Positions 22,901 through 30,998 of a DNA stretch of 64,000 nt are shown here, piece by piece (position 1 is the stretch's first letter; the number at the start of each line of letters is the position of its first letter). The notes under the pieces were generated by a model that was not told the origin of the DNA, searched no databases, and saw only the letters and a list, made by a program, of their open reading frames with translations. The stretch lies in assembly GCA_963667785.2 (NCBI GenBank), contig CAXXMU010000005.1, forward strand, positions 403,786 through 467,785. Reading direction: 5' to 3'. This DNA is from Alphaproteobacteria bacterium. GTDB taxonomy: Bacteria; Pseudomonadota; Alphaproteobacteria; UBA828. The translations under genes were made by a program, and so were the position numbers.

Positions 22901-23777
22901 GGCCGCCGGCTGCACCGCGGTGCTGCAGACGCTGTGTGCCCGCGACGTGCCGCTGAACAGCGGCTGCTTCAAGCCGCTCCGCGTGGTGGCGCCGCCCGGC
23001 ACCGTGGCGAACCCGGTCTTCCCCGCGCCCAGCGTCGCCGGCAACACCGAGGGCCAGCCCCGCATCATCGCGGCGGTGCAGCATGCGCTGTCGAAGGCCG
23101 TGCCGGAGATGGTGAGCGCCGCCGAGGGCGGGACCGCGTGCAACCTGCTGCTCGGCGGTATCCACCCCGATACCGACGAGTACTGGACCCACTACCAGCT
23201 CGAGGGCGGCGGCTGGGGCGGCCGGCTCGGCAAGGACGGCAACACCGCGCTCTGCTGCGCCCATGCCAGCACCATCCGGGCGACGCCGATCGAGGTGTTC
23301 GAGACGCGCTTCCCGCTGCGCGTGCTGAAGTACGAGATCCGCCCCGATTCCGGCGGCGCCGGCAAGTGGCGGGGCGGCCTCGGCTGCTGGCGCCAGTTCG
23401 AGGTGATCGCGGATGCCATCAGCGTGAGCGCGCTCACAGACCGCATCACCGAGGGGCCGTACGGGCTGATGAAGGGGCAGGCGGGCGCGCCCACGGGCTT
23501 CTTCGTCAAGCGCACGCAAGACGACGAGTTCCGCACCTTCAAGGAGGTCTACGGCACCGTAAGCCCGACCAAGTTCGTCAACATCCGGCTCCACCGGGGC
23601 GACCAGATCCTGGTCCGGGTGCCGGGCGGCGGCGGCTACGGAGACCCGCGCGAGCGGGCGGACGCAGCCCTCCGCGCGGATCTGGAAGACGGCTTCGTCA
23701 GCGTGGAAGGACTCGCGGCCTACGGCCGCGACGCGAGCTTCGCGGAGACGGTGAAGGAGGCCGCCGCGGCCGAATAG
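19953..23777 (+). CDS. Fused hydantoinase A + B / 5-oxoprolinase-family ATP-dependent amidohydrolase
   Basis: A part: GIDTGGTFTD, DMGGTSCD, SAGADPGPACY and FGGAGPLH. B part: RTAYSPIFSESRDFSC, HNDPY, EGLRLPP and PGGGGYGDP. Confidence 0.92.
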   Translation: MYRVGIDTGGTFTDLVALDDRSGCIRTVKVPSTPQTPAAAPLAAIDQSALSPDEIGRIVLGTTIATNARLQKKGATVLYVGTDGVQDVPVIGIIARKEAYNPAWEKPSAGVLRRHVFGIRERVDHKGNILIALERPELERLGDWIDEWIASTPGREWAVAVNLLFSYVDPRHEEAIGAYLAERFPDLPVSLSCRVCPIWREFERSATVITDAFIKRIIDRFVGQVSADLAEAGIGAPLSLMKSNGGHLQAESAGEVPVQLLLSGLAGGVIAGARFARDHADGNGVTLDMGGTSCDVGLVTDGAFGSTTEYEVEWGVPVSALFIDYTTIGAGGGSIAHVDAGGLLRVGPRSAGADPGPACYGKGGTEPTVTDANVVLGRLDPDYFLGGEMSLDAAKAHEAVAALGSTLGLTAVETARAILETAAENMADAIRLMTVERGIDHRDYALIAFGGAGPLHAVDVAAPLEMKKVVVPPHPGLCSALGTLLTDLRVDRARTVNHRSDTVELAQLNDQLRALAREAVEELRRDGLEGEARVTGYISMRYMGQNFGELVQLDTLELNADSLARALEGLHRQHEELYGYALRDKVVEMTEVRVIAVGEERTDAHLSAPASGSGEAHAHREVHFDGEEPLETPIYRRAALAAGAVIAGPAIIDEMDSTTLVPPRSEVEVGADGSLIVSLPRAASEEGAAVGTGRLAPEKDPVTLTVVNNALGNICNEMESAMVRTAYSPIFSESRDFSCCLFDRRLRMVGQAEMNPAIICAGLHTVPLCVKEMEEPIEQGDVIVHNDPYRGQCHMPEHLLMKPVFVDGTLIGYAANIAHIAEIGGMAVGSFASTATEVFQEGLRLPPVKLLSRGEYVKDVWRIALANHRTPNTTWGDFHAMIGSLNTAEQRLSALVKRLGVDTFEKICDALVDHAESWMRNEIRKLPNGIYKAEDYFEDDGVTARRYYFRPTVHIREEEIVVDLSESDEQARGPINVTYVATAAAGCTAVLQTLCARDVPLNSGCFKPLRVVAPPGTVANPVFPAPSVAGNTEGQPRIIAAVQHALSKAVPEMVSAAEGGTACNLLLGGIHPDTDEYWTHYQLEGGGWGGRLGKDGNTALCCAHASTIRATPIEVFETRFPLRVLKYEIRPDSGGAGKWRGGLGCWRQFEVIADAISVSALTDRITEGPYGLMKGQAGAPTGFFVKRTQDDEFRTFKEVYGTVSPTKFVNIRLHRGDQILVRVPGGGGYGDPRERADAALRADLEDGFVSVEGLAAYGRDASFAETVKEAAAAE

Positions 23778-23786
23778 GCCGTTGGG

Positions 23787-24857
23787 CTAGGCGTCGGGCC
23801 CGGCGGCTCCCGCCGCCCGGTCGGCCTCCCGGCTGTTGCCGAGGGCGCGCACCAGGGCGCCGAGCGACACGGTGCCGATCGGCTCCCCCTCGGCGCTCAC
23901 CACCCTGGCCTCGCCGCCGGGCGATGCGACCGCCAGCGGCAGCGCATCCTCGATCGTCATGTCGTGCGCGCAGTCGGGGCCCGCGAGGTCCGGCCTGAGC
24001 GGCTCCATGATGGAGCCCACGCGGATGACCCGGCCGCGATTGATGCTCTTCGTGAAGTCGGCGATGTAGGAGTCCGCCGGACGGAGCACGATATCCTGCG
24101 AATCGCCGTTCTGGACGACCTCGCCGTCGCGCAGGATCGCGATGCGGTCGCCGATCTCGATGGCTTCCTCGAGGTCGTGGGTGACGAACACGATGGTCTT
24201 GTGCAGCTCGTGCTGCAGGTCAAGCAGCAGCGCCCGCATGTCCGAGCGGATCAGCGGATCGAGCGCGCTGAAGGCCTCGTCCATCAGCAGGATGTCAGCA
24301 TCGGTCGCGAGCGCGCGGGCGAGGCCGACCCGCTGCTGCATGCCGCCCGAGAGGTGATGGGGATATGAATCCTCGTAGCCCTGGAGCCCGACACGCTCCA
24401 CCCAGCGCGCCGCGCGCGCCGCGCGCGCGCTCCTGGCAAGGCCCTGGAGCGCCAGGCCGTAGCCCACGTTCTCCATCACGGTCCGGTGCGGGAACAGCGC
24501 GAAGCGCTGGAACACCATGCTGATCTTGTAGCGCCGGAGCTGCTTGAGCGCCGCAGCGTCGAGGGCGAGCATGTCCTCCCCGTCGATGCGGATATCGCCT
24601 TCGGTCGGGTCGATCAGGCGGTTGATGTGGCGCACGAGGGTGGACTTGCCCGAGCCGCTGAGCCCCATGACGACCTGGATGCTGCGCGGGGCCACATCCA
24701 GATTGATGTCGCGCAGCCCAAGCACGTGGCCGTGGTCCTCCAGCAGCTCCTGCTTGCCCATGCCTTCGTGCACGTGGGGCATGACGCCAGCCGGATTGGC
24801 GCCGAACACCTTGTAGAGGCCGCCGACGTGGATCCCCTCGCTGCCGGGCATGGTCAT
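23787..24857 (-). CDS. Glycine betaine/proline-type ABC ATP-binding protein (ProV-like)
   Basis: GLSGSGKS, LSGGMQQRVGLARAL and MDEAFSALDPLIR motifs. Confidence 0.93.
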   Translation of the reverse strand: MTMPGSEGIHVGGLYKVFGANPAGVMPHVHEGMGKQELLEDHGHVLGLRDINLDVAPRSIQVVMGLSGSGKSTLVRHINRLIDPTEGDIRIDGEDMLALDAAALKQLRRYKISMVFQRFALFPHRTVMENVGYGLALQGLARSARAARAARWVERVGLQGYEDSYPHHLSGGMQQRVGLARALATDADILLMDEAFSALDPLIRSDMRALLLDLQHELHKTIVFVTHDLEEAIEIGDRIAILRDGEVVQNGDSQDIVLRPADSYIADFTKSINRGRVIRVGSIMEPLRPDLAGPDCAHDMTIEDALPLAVASPGGEARVVSAEGEPIGTVSLGALVRALGNSREADRAAGAAGPDA

Positions 24858-24861
24858 GGGA

Positions 24862-25743
24862 TCACGCCTGCCGCTGCGCCTGGATGCGCCGGCCGTAGCT
24901 CTGGGTCACCCGGTCGAAGACGATCGCGAGCCCCACCACCGCCGCCCCGTTGAAGAGCCCGAGGGCGAAGTACTGGTTGGTGACCGCCTGGAGCACCGGC
25001 ATGCCGAGGCCCTTGACGCCGATCATCGAGGCGATCACCACCATCGAGAGCGCCATCATGATGGTCTGGTTGACGCCGGCCATGATGTTGGGAAGCGCCA
25101 GCGGCAACTGGACGCCGAAGAGCCTGCGCCAGGTGCCGGCGCCGAAGGCGTCCGCCGCCTCCAGCACCTCCTGGTCCACCAGGCGGATGCCGAGGTTGGT
25201 CAGCCGGATCACCGGCGGCACGGCGTAGATCACCACCGCGATCAGCCCCGGTATCTTGCCGAGGCCGAAGAGCATCACCACGGGAATCAGATAGACGAAG
25301 ATCGGCATCGTCTGCATCACGTCGAGGATCGGCGTCATGAACGCCTGCATGCGGTCGGAGCGCGACATGGCGATGCCGAGGGGGATGCCGATGGCGATGG
25401 CGATGAGGGTGGCGACGAAGATGATGGCGAGCGTGCGCATCGTGTCCTCCCACATGCCGAGGACACCGATGACGAGGAAGGCGACGATGACGCCGAGGCT
25501 CAGCCGCACGCGCCGGCTCGCGCTGTAGCAGATGCCTGCGATCGCGAGCACGATCACCCACCAGGGGGCGTTGAGCAGGACCCACTCGAACTTGATCAGG
25601 AGCCAGAGGAGGGGGTCGAAGACGCTCTCGATGGCATCGCCGTAGTTGCGCGAGAACGTCTTGTACGCCGCGTCGATGGACTTGTGGACGGCGCGCAGCG
25701 TGGCGATGTCGAGAGTGGGAAAGTTCAGAACCCAGTCGGTCAC
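24862..25743 (-). CDS. Glycine betaine/proline-type ABC permease (ProW-like)
   Basis: LDVMQTMPIFVYLIP and IMAGVNQTIMMALSMVVIASMIG motifs. Confidence 0.93.
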   Translation of the reverse strand: MTDWVLNFPTLDIATLRAVHKSIDAAYKTFSRNYGDAIESVFDPLLWLLIKFEWVLLNAPWWVIVLAIAGICYSASRRVRLSLGVIVAFLVIGVLGMWEDTMRTLAIIFVATLIAIAIGIPLGIAMSRSDRMQAFMTPILDVMQTMPIFVYLIPVVMLFGLGKIPGLIAVVIYAVPPVIRLTNLGIRLVDQEVLEAADAFGAGTWRRLFGVQLPLALPNIMAGVNQTIMMALSMVVIASMIGVKGLGMPVLQAVTNQYFALGLFNGAAVVGLAIVFDRVTQSYGRRIQAQRQA

Positions 25744-25804
25744 GGTTCACGCTCCCCGGTTCGGCTCCCCGAGGACAACCCGCTCGCACTCCGCGCCGGC
25801 GCGA

Positions 25805-25845
25805 CGCCCCGTCCCGGCGGCCACACGGCGCGCCGGGACGGGGCG
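25805..25845. terminator. 15-bp perfect stem-loop between the SBP and permease genes
   Basis: CGCCCCGTCCCGGCG ... CGCCGGGACGGGGCG. Confidence 0.55.
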
Positions 25846-25901
25846 GGGGAGCGGGCCGGCGCGCGCGGTGACGAGCGGCGTCTGACCCGCGCGCCCGCGG
25901 A

Positions 25902-26903
25902 CTACATCATGGCCGCCTTCACCTTGGCCGCGACGTCTTCGGGCACCCAGGCGGTCCACACGTCCTCATGGTTCTTGAGGAAGTACTCGGCCGCTTCCCG
26001 CGTGGTCGCCTGATTCGAGTCCTTCCACGCCAGGACGCTGTTCACCAGGTTGTTCGGCCAGGACACGTTGGAGACGAACGCGAAGGCTTCCGGCGCGGAC
26101 TCGGCGAAGCTCGAGGTCACCACCGTGATCACCACCGACTTCGCGTACATGTTGGGCTGCGGGTCGGCGCAATCCTTGTCGATGATGCAGGGCCACGTCT
26201 CGGGGTCGTGCACCATCCCGCCCAGCTTCACCATCGGGTAGTTGCCGAGCAACGCGGTCGGCGCCCAGTAGTAGGCGAAGATCGGGTTGCCGCGCTCGTA
26301 GGCGCTGGCGATCGCGCCTGCCAGCCCCTCGCCCGAGCCCGGGTTGAAGAGGGTGAAGCCCGCGTCGTCGAGCCCGTAGGCCCTGAAGAGATTGGCGTTG
26401 ACGTACTCGCAGGCCCAACCCGGCGGGCAGCCGTAGAAGCGACCCTTGCCCGGCTCCTCCTTGTCGGGGAAGAGGTCGGGCCGCTTGATGATCTCCTGCA
26501 GAGTGGTGAGTTCGGGATTCTGCTCCACCACGTAGTCAGGCACCCACCAGCCTTCCTCGCCGCCGTCGGAGAGGATCTCGCCGGCGATCGCGAGGCGGCC
26601 CTCAGCCACCGCCGCCTCGACGACCTCGCGCGCGGAGTTGATCCAGATCTCGGGCGCGATGTCGGGCTCGCCCTTCTCCGTCATCGACGTGACGGTGGGC
26701 ACCGTGTCGCCGGGCACGATCTCGGTATCGCAGCCGTAGCCTTCCTTGAGGATGATATCCTCGACATGGGCCGCGACGCCGGCCGACGCCCACGTCATCT
26801 CCGCGATCGTCACCTTGCCGCAGGCCGCATCGGCACCGCGCGCAAGCATCAGGGCGCCGGCAACCATGAGTGCCACCGCCAGTGACATTGTCAGCTTTCG
26901 CAT
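25902..26903 (-). CDS. Quaternary amine ABC substrate-binding protein (ProX/HutX-like)
   Basis: Signal peptide followed by CGKVTIAEMTWASA, EGWWVP, GCPPGWAC and YYWAPT. ATG at 26903. Confidence 0.9.
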   Translation of the reverse strand: MRKLTMSLAVALMVAGALMLARGADAACGKVTIAEMTWASAGVAAHVEDIILKEGYGCDTEIVPGDTVPTVTSMTEKGEPDIAPEIWINSAREVVEAAVAEGRLAIAGEILSDGGEEGWWVPDYVVEQNPELTTLQEIIKRPDLFPDKEEPGKGRFYGCPPGWACEYVNANLFRAYGLDDAGFTLFNPGSGEGLAGAIASAYERGNPIFAYYWAPTALLGNYPMVKLGGMVHDPETWPCIIDKDCADPQPNMYAKSVVITVVTSSFAESAPEAFAFVSNVSWPNNLVNSVLAWKDSNQATTREAAEYFLKNHEDVWTAWVPEDVAAKVKAAMM

Positions 26904-27219
26904 TGGACAGCTCCCTGTCTGCATCGCGCCGTGGCCGCTTGTTCTTGCTGCGCAATGCCTTGTCGGGGACCCGCCGGCACGACAGGCCCCTCACAAGCCG
27001 ATCATAGTCAGCCCGGGAGAGCCGTGGCAACAAGGAGGTCGTCGCCCGCCGCGCGGCCGCGCCGGCGTGCGGCGCCCGAGCGGCGGCCGGCAAGCGCGGC
27101 GCAGCGGTCGGGAGGATCGCCTCCCACCGCGGCTGCGCAGGCCGCCGATCCGGGCGGGCGAAGCGAGCGCAAGTCGCTCGATTTGGCCGATTATGTAGCT
27201 AAATCAGACCGCTACCCGG

Positions 27220-27250
27220 AATTGGGTTCGTTTTGCAAAAAAACCCAATT
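27220..27250. repeat. AT-rich palindrome AATTGGGTT-N13-AACCCAATT
   Basis: Perfect 9-bp inverted repeat containing TTGGGTTCGTTTTGCAAAA. Confidence 0.7.
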
Positions 27251-27282
27251 GTGGCGCCCCGCAGGCCGGGGCGCGGGCCCGC

Positions 27283-28734
27283 TCAGGCCTGGCTGCGCAG
27301 CTCCCGCTCGGTCTGCGGCACCGGCATGGGGCCGATGCCTTCGGCCACCATCTCGCGCCACTCGCGCTTCTGCGGCATGATCGGCGGCACCGGGATGGTC
27401 TTGGGCTCGGGCATCGCGTCCGCGATCGGCTTCTCCAGCCCCCGGCCCGTGACCTCGCCCCGCCGGAAGAAGCCGTTGTAGATGCCCCAGTGGAGCCGGT
27501 TGCGCGCGCCGGTGAGCGGGAAGCGCTTCGCAATGGAGGGGAGCGAGTAGAAGTTCCCGTAGGCCCGCATGTGGCCTTCGCGAAGCTGCTCGGTGGTCAT
27601 CTTCTTCGGCTGGTAGACGATGTGCCCCTGGTCGTAGAGATCCCAGTCGTAGGAGACGATGTCCCCCGCCTTCTTCATCTGGTACCAGGTGAGCGTGCCG
27701 GGATAGGGGGTCAGCACCGAGTAGGCGCACATGTCGTACTTGGCGCCGATGTTGAAGCTGGTCGTCTCGTCGAAGACGGTCTCGTCGTCGCCCTCGAAGC
27801 CGAACATGAAGAGGCCGAAGACCATGATCCCGTAGCTGTGGATCTTCTCCACCAGCGCCTGGAACTGCTCCGGCCGGTTGACGTACTTGTGGACGCTCTT
27901 GAGCGTGTCCCGCGAGATCGACTCGAAACCGATGCTCAGCATGTAGCAGCCGCTCTCGGCGGCGAGCTCCAGCATCTCGTCCTTCTGGGCGAGCTTGCTG
28001 GTGACGCCGGCCTGCCAGCGGATGCCGCGCCCCTTGAGCGCCTTCATCACCTCCTTGGGCCGGGCCTCGGTGCCGAAGAAGTCGGCGTCGTTCAGCGAGA
28101 TCGTGCGCTGGCCGCAGTTCTCGACCTCGTGGATTACCTCGTCGATGGGCCGGTAGCGGAACTTCAGCCCGTTCATCAGCGGCTCGGCGCAGAAGGTGCA
28201 GCCCTGGTGGCAGCCGCGCGAGGTCTGGACGAAGGTGCGGTTGACGTAGCGGTTCTTCTTCACCAGGTCGTAGCGCGGCATGGGCATGTCGACCATGGGG
28301 TGGAGCTTGTCGGCGCGGTAGACGCCCTTGAGCGCACCCTGTTCCAGGTCGTCCAGCACCTTCGGCATGACCATCTCGGCCTCGCCGATCACCACGGCGT
28401 CGCAGTGCTCGAGCGCCTCCTCGGGCATGAAGCTCGCGTGGACGCCGCCCATGACCACGGGCACGCCGCGCGCGCGGAACGCATCGGCGATCTCGTAGCC
28501 CCGCTTGACGTAGCTCGTCATGGCCGAGATGCCGACCATGTCGACCTTCAGGTCGAAGTCGATGTCCTCGATGTTCTCGTCGGTCATCACGACTTCGTAC
28601 TCGTCCTGAGGAATCACCGCCGCGACCGCGAGCAGACCGGCCAGCGGCGAATAGAGCGCCCGGCCGAAATACATCGGCCGCGTGGTGAACTGGTTGGTCT
28701 GGGGATTGATGAGGTGAATGATTCGTGTGCGCAT
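27283..28734 (-). CDS. Cobalamin-binding radical SAM protein
   Basis: N-terminal B12-binding domain (VVMGGVHAS, VVIGEAE), CxxxCxxC motif SRGCHQGCTFC, IGFES and LTPYPGT. Confidence 0.92.
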   Translation of the reverse strand: MRTRIIHLINPQTNQFTTRPMYFGRALYSPLAGLLAVAAVIPQDEYEVVMTDENIEDIDFDLKVDMVGISAMTSYVKRGYEIADAFRARGVPVVMGGVHASFMPEEALEHCDAVVIGEAEMVMPKVLDDLEQGALKGVYRADKLHPMVDMPMPRYDLVKKNRYVNRTFVQTSRGCHQGCTFCAEPLMNGLKFRYRPIDEVIHEVENCGQRTISLNDADFFGTEARPKEVMKALKGRGIRWQAGVTSKLAQKDEMLELAAESGCYMLSIGFESISRDTLKSVHKYVNRPEQFQALVEKIHSYGIMVFGLFMFGFEGDDETVFDETTSFNIGAKYDMCAYSVLTPYPGTLTWYQMKKAGDIVSYDWDLYDQGHIVYQPKKMTTEQLREGHMRAYGNFYSLPSIAKRFPLTGARNRLHWGIYNGFFRRGEVTGRGLEKPIADAMPEPKTIPVPPIMPQKREWREMVAEGIGPMPVPQTERELRSQA

Positions 28735-28847
28735 GCGTACCTCCGCTCGCGCGATTATACCCGACCTCTGCCCACCTGCCGAGAAGCTTTGCGAATGGCT
28801 TTCATCGTTCGAATCCGGCCCAAGGTGGCGGCGGCGGCCGTCGCGGC

Positions 28848-29366
28848 TCAGTAGTCGGCGCGGTCGTCAACGGCGTGGCCCCGCTTCGGCACCAGCACCG
28901 TGCGCTCGTAGGTCATGAAGACGGTGCCGTCGGACTTCTTGCCGGTGGTCTTCACGGTGACGATGCCCTGGGTAGGGCGGGAGCGCGATTCCCGGGTCTC
29001 CAGCACCTCCGATTCGGCGTAGATGGTATCGCCGGCGTAGACCGGCGCGGTCAGGCGGATGTCGTTCCAGCCGAGGTTGGCGATCGCCTTCTGGCTGATG
29101 TCGCTCACCGACATGCCGGCGACGATGGCGAGCGTCAGCGCGCTGTTGACCAGCGGCTGGCCGAACTCGCTGTGGCTCGCGTAGTGGCTGTCGAAATGGA
29201 GCGGGTGGGTGTTCATGGTGAGCAGGGTGAAGGAGATGTTGTCGTACTCGGTGAGCGTCCGCCCCGGCCTGTGCTCGTAGACGTCGCCCACGGTGAAATC
29301 CTCGAAGTAGCGCCCGTAGGATTCGCGGTAGCGCTGTTCCGCCACCTCCTTGCGCTCCACGGCCAT
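28848..29366 (-). CDS. MaoC-family (hotdog) acyl-CoA dehydratase
   Basis: GRYFEDF, HRPGRTLT, NTHPLHFD and PVYAGDTIYAESEVL motifs. Confidence 0.9.
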   Translation of the reverse strand: MAVERKEVAEQRYRESYGRYFEDFTVGDVYEHRPGRTLTEYDNISFTLLTMNTHPLHFDSHYASHSEFGQPLVNSALTLAIVAGMSVSDISQKAIANLGWNDIRLTAPVYAGDTIYAESEVLETRESRSRPTQGIVTVKTTGKKSDGTVFMTYERTVLVPKRGHAVDDRADY

Positions 29367-29516
29367 CGCCCGATGTCCCCCGCTGTTTTCCGCCCGCTCG
29401 CCGCCGACGCGCGGCGGCCGCGACCTTAGGGGCTGGCCCGGTGGGGGTCAATATCGGCCGGGAGGGCCGCGTCGTCCAGAGACAGCCGGACCGGCCTCGG
29501 CGACGGGCCGCAGCAC

Positions 29517-30197
29517 TCAGGGCTCGCCGATCTCGCCCATGATCTCGTCGGCCGGGATCACCCGCGCATAGCCCCGCCGGAGCGTCTTCAGCTCCGCCTC
29601 GTGCAGGTCACGGCTGTCGGTGGCGGTCACGTCGCTGCCGAAAATGACCTTGTAGTCGCGGAAGAACGCGTCCCGGGCGGTCGCGCCGCAGCAGTAGTTG
29701 GTCATGCAGCCGGTGATGATCACCGTGTCCACCGCGCAGCCGCGCAAGTAAGTGTGCAGGTCCGTATCGAAGAAGGCGCTGTAGCGGTGCTTCTGGATGA
29801 CCTTCTCGCCCGGCTCCGGGGCGATCTCGCGGTAGGTGGGCACGTCGTCCGCGCCGATCCGGAGCGCGCCCTCCCTGATCGGCCGGTTGAGCGGCACGTC
29901 CCACATCAGCCCCTTGTCCCGGCCCGAGGCGTCGTGGGCGTGCTCGGTGAAGATGACGGGCATGCCGAGGGCGCGGCAGCGCGCGATCAGCGCCTTGACG
30001 CGGGGCAGAATGCGCAGGTTCTCCGGGGTCCACATGCGCGCGCCCTCGGCGACGAATCCTTCCTGCAGGTCGATCACCAGCAGCGCCGTCCTGCCCGGAT
30101 CGATGGGAAAGTCGGGGTTGGACGATTCGTACTGATCGGCCGCGCGCGCGAGGATTTCCGCCTCGCCCGCGAACGCCTGAGCGTCCTTCTCCGCCAT
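29517..30197 (-). CDS. Isochorismatase-family cysteine hydrolase (RutB-like)
   Basis: TALLVIDLQEGF, KHRYSAF and GCMTNYCCGATARDA. ATG at 30197 follows GGGAGGG. Confidence 0.9.
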   Translation of the reverse strand: MAEKDAQAFAGEAEILARAADQYESSNPDFPIDPGRTALLVIDLQEGFVAEGARMWTPENLRILPRVKALIARCRALGMPVIFTEHAHDASGRDKGLMWDVPLNRPIREGALRIGADDVPTYREIAPEPGEKVIQKHRYSAFFDTDLHTYLRGCAVDTVIITGCMTNYCCGATARDAFFRDYKVIFGSDVTATDSRDLHEAELKTLRRGYARVIPADEIMGEIGEP

Positions 30198-30355
30198 GGC
30201 AACGCCCTCCCTGCTCATTGTTCGTCCCGACGCCCGTCGGGCCGCCTCCTGTGCCTGAGACCCGAGAATACCCCAGAGCGCTGGACAGGCTGGTTCGTTT
30301 TGTACAATAACTATCTTGCGAAGCTACCCAGCAGGCTGGGCGGAGAGAGCCGAGA

Positions 30356-30982
30356 GTGGAAGTCGCCGATCGCGAACGGTTTCCCAAGGACCGGCCCCAG
30401 GCGGCGCTGACCGTGGCGCGGCCTGAGCTGCTGACCGGCGGCTCTGACGACGCCTTCCGCCGGATGGTCCACGACGCGCTGGCCTTCGCCTCGCGGCTGC
30501 AGGCCGTGCGCGACGGCTACGCCCGCCTGATCGGGCTGACGGGCGTCCAGTACACCATCCTGATCGCGATCCACCACCTGCAGTACGAGCGCGACGTCAA
30601 CGTCTCGACGCTCGCCCGGCATCTCCATCTCTCGCCCCCCTTTGTCACCAACGAGACCGGCAAGCTCGTGGCCATGGCGCTGGTGGAGAAGTTCCGGGAT
30701 CCGGACGACGGGCGGCGGCTGATCCTGCGCACCACGGCCGAGGCAGAGGCGCGGCTCGACCGGCTGGCCCCGGTGCAGAGCGAGGTCAACGACGAGCACT
30801 TCGCGCCGCTTGCGGACGGCGAATTCGGAACCTTCGCGCGCCTGGTCGCGGAACTGGTGGAGAGCACCGAGCGCGCGCTCGCGCTGCTCGATGCACTCGG
30901 CCCGCGCATCGCGCCGCAGGATGCGGCCGGGCCTAAGCCCATGGCGCCGGCGCTCCCCGCGGGCGACGCCCCGCCCGCCTGA
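30356..30982 (+). CDS. MarR-family transcriptional regulator
   Basis: GLTGVQYTIL, LARHLHLSPPFVTNETGKL and DPDDGRRL winged-helix pattern. Confidence 0.85.
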   Translation: MEVADRERFPKDRPQAALTVARPELLTGGSDDAFRRMVHDALAFASRLQAVRDGYARLIGLTGVQYTILIAIHHLQYERDVNVSTLARHLHLSPPFVTNETGKLVAMALVEKFRDPDDGRRLILRTTAEAEARLDRLAPVQSEVNDEHFAPLADGEFGTFARLVAELVESTERALALLDALGPRIAPQDAAGPKPMAPALPAGDAPPA

Positions 30983-30998
30983 GAGAAGGGCAACGACG

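Noticed and set aside
27179-27206. SAM-II-like words GATTT...ATGTAGCTAAA
   Set aside because: It lacks TTGC and the P1 stem, and it is on the strand opposite the neighbouring genes.
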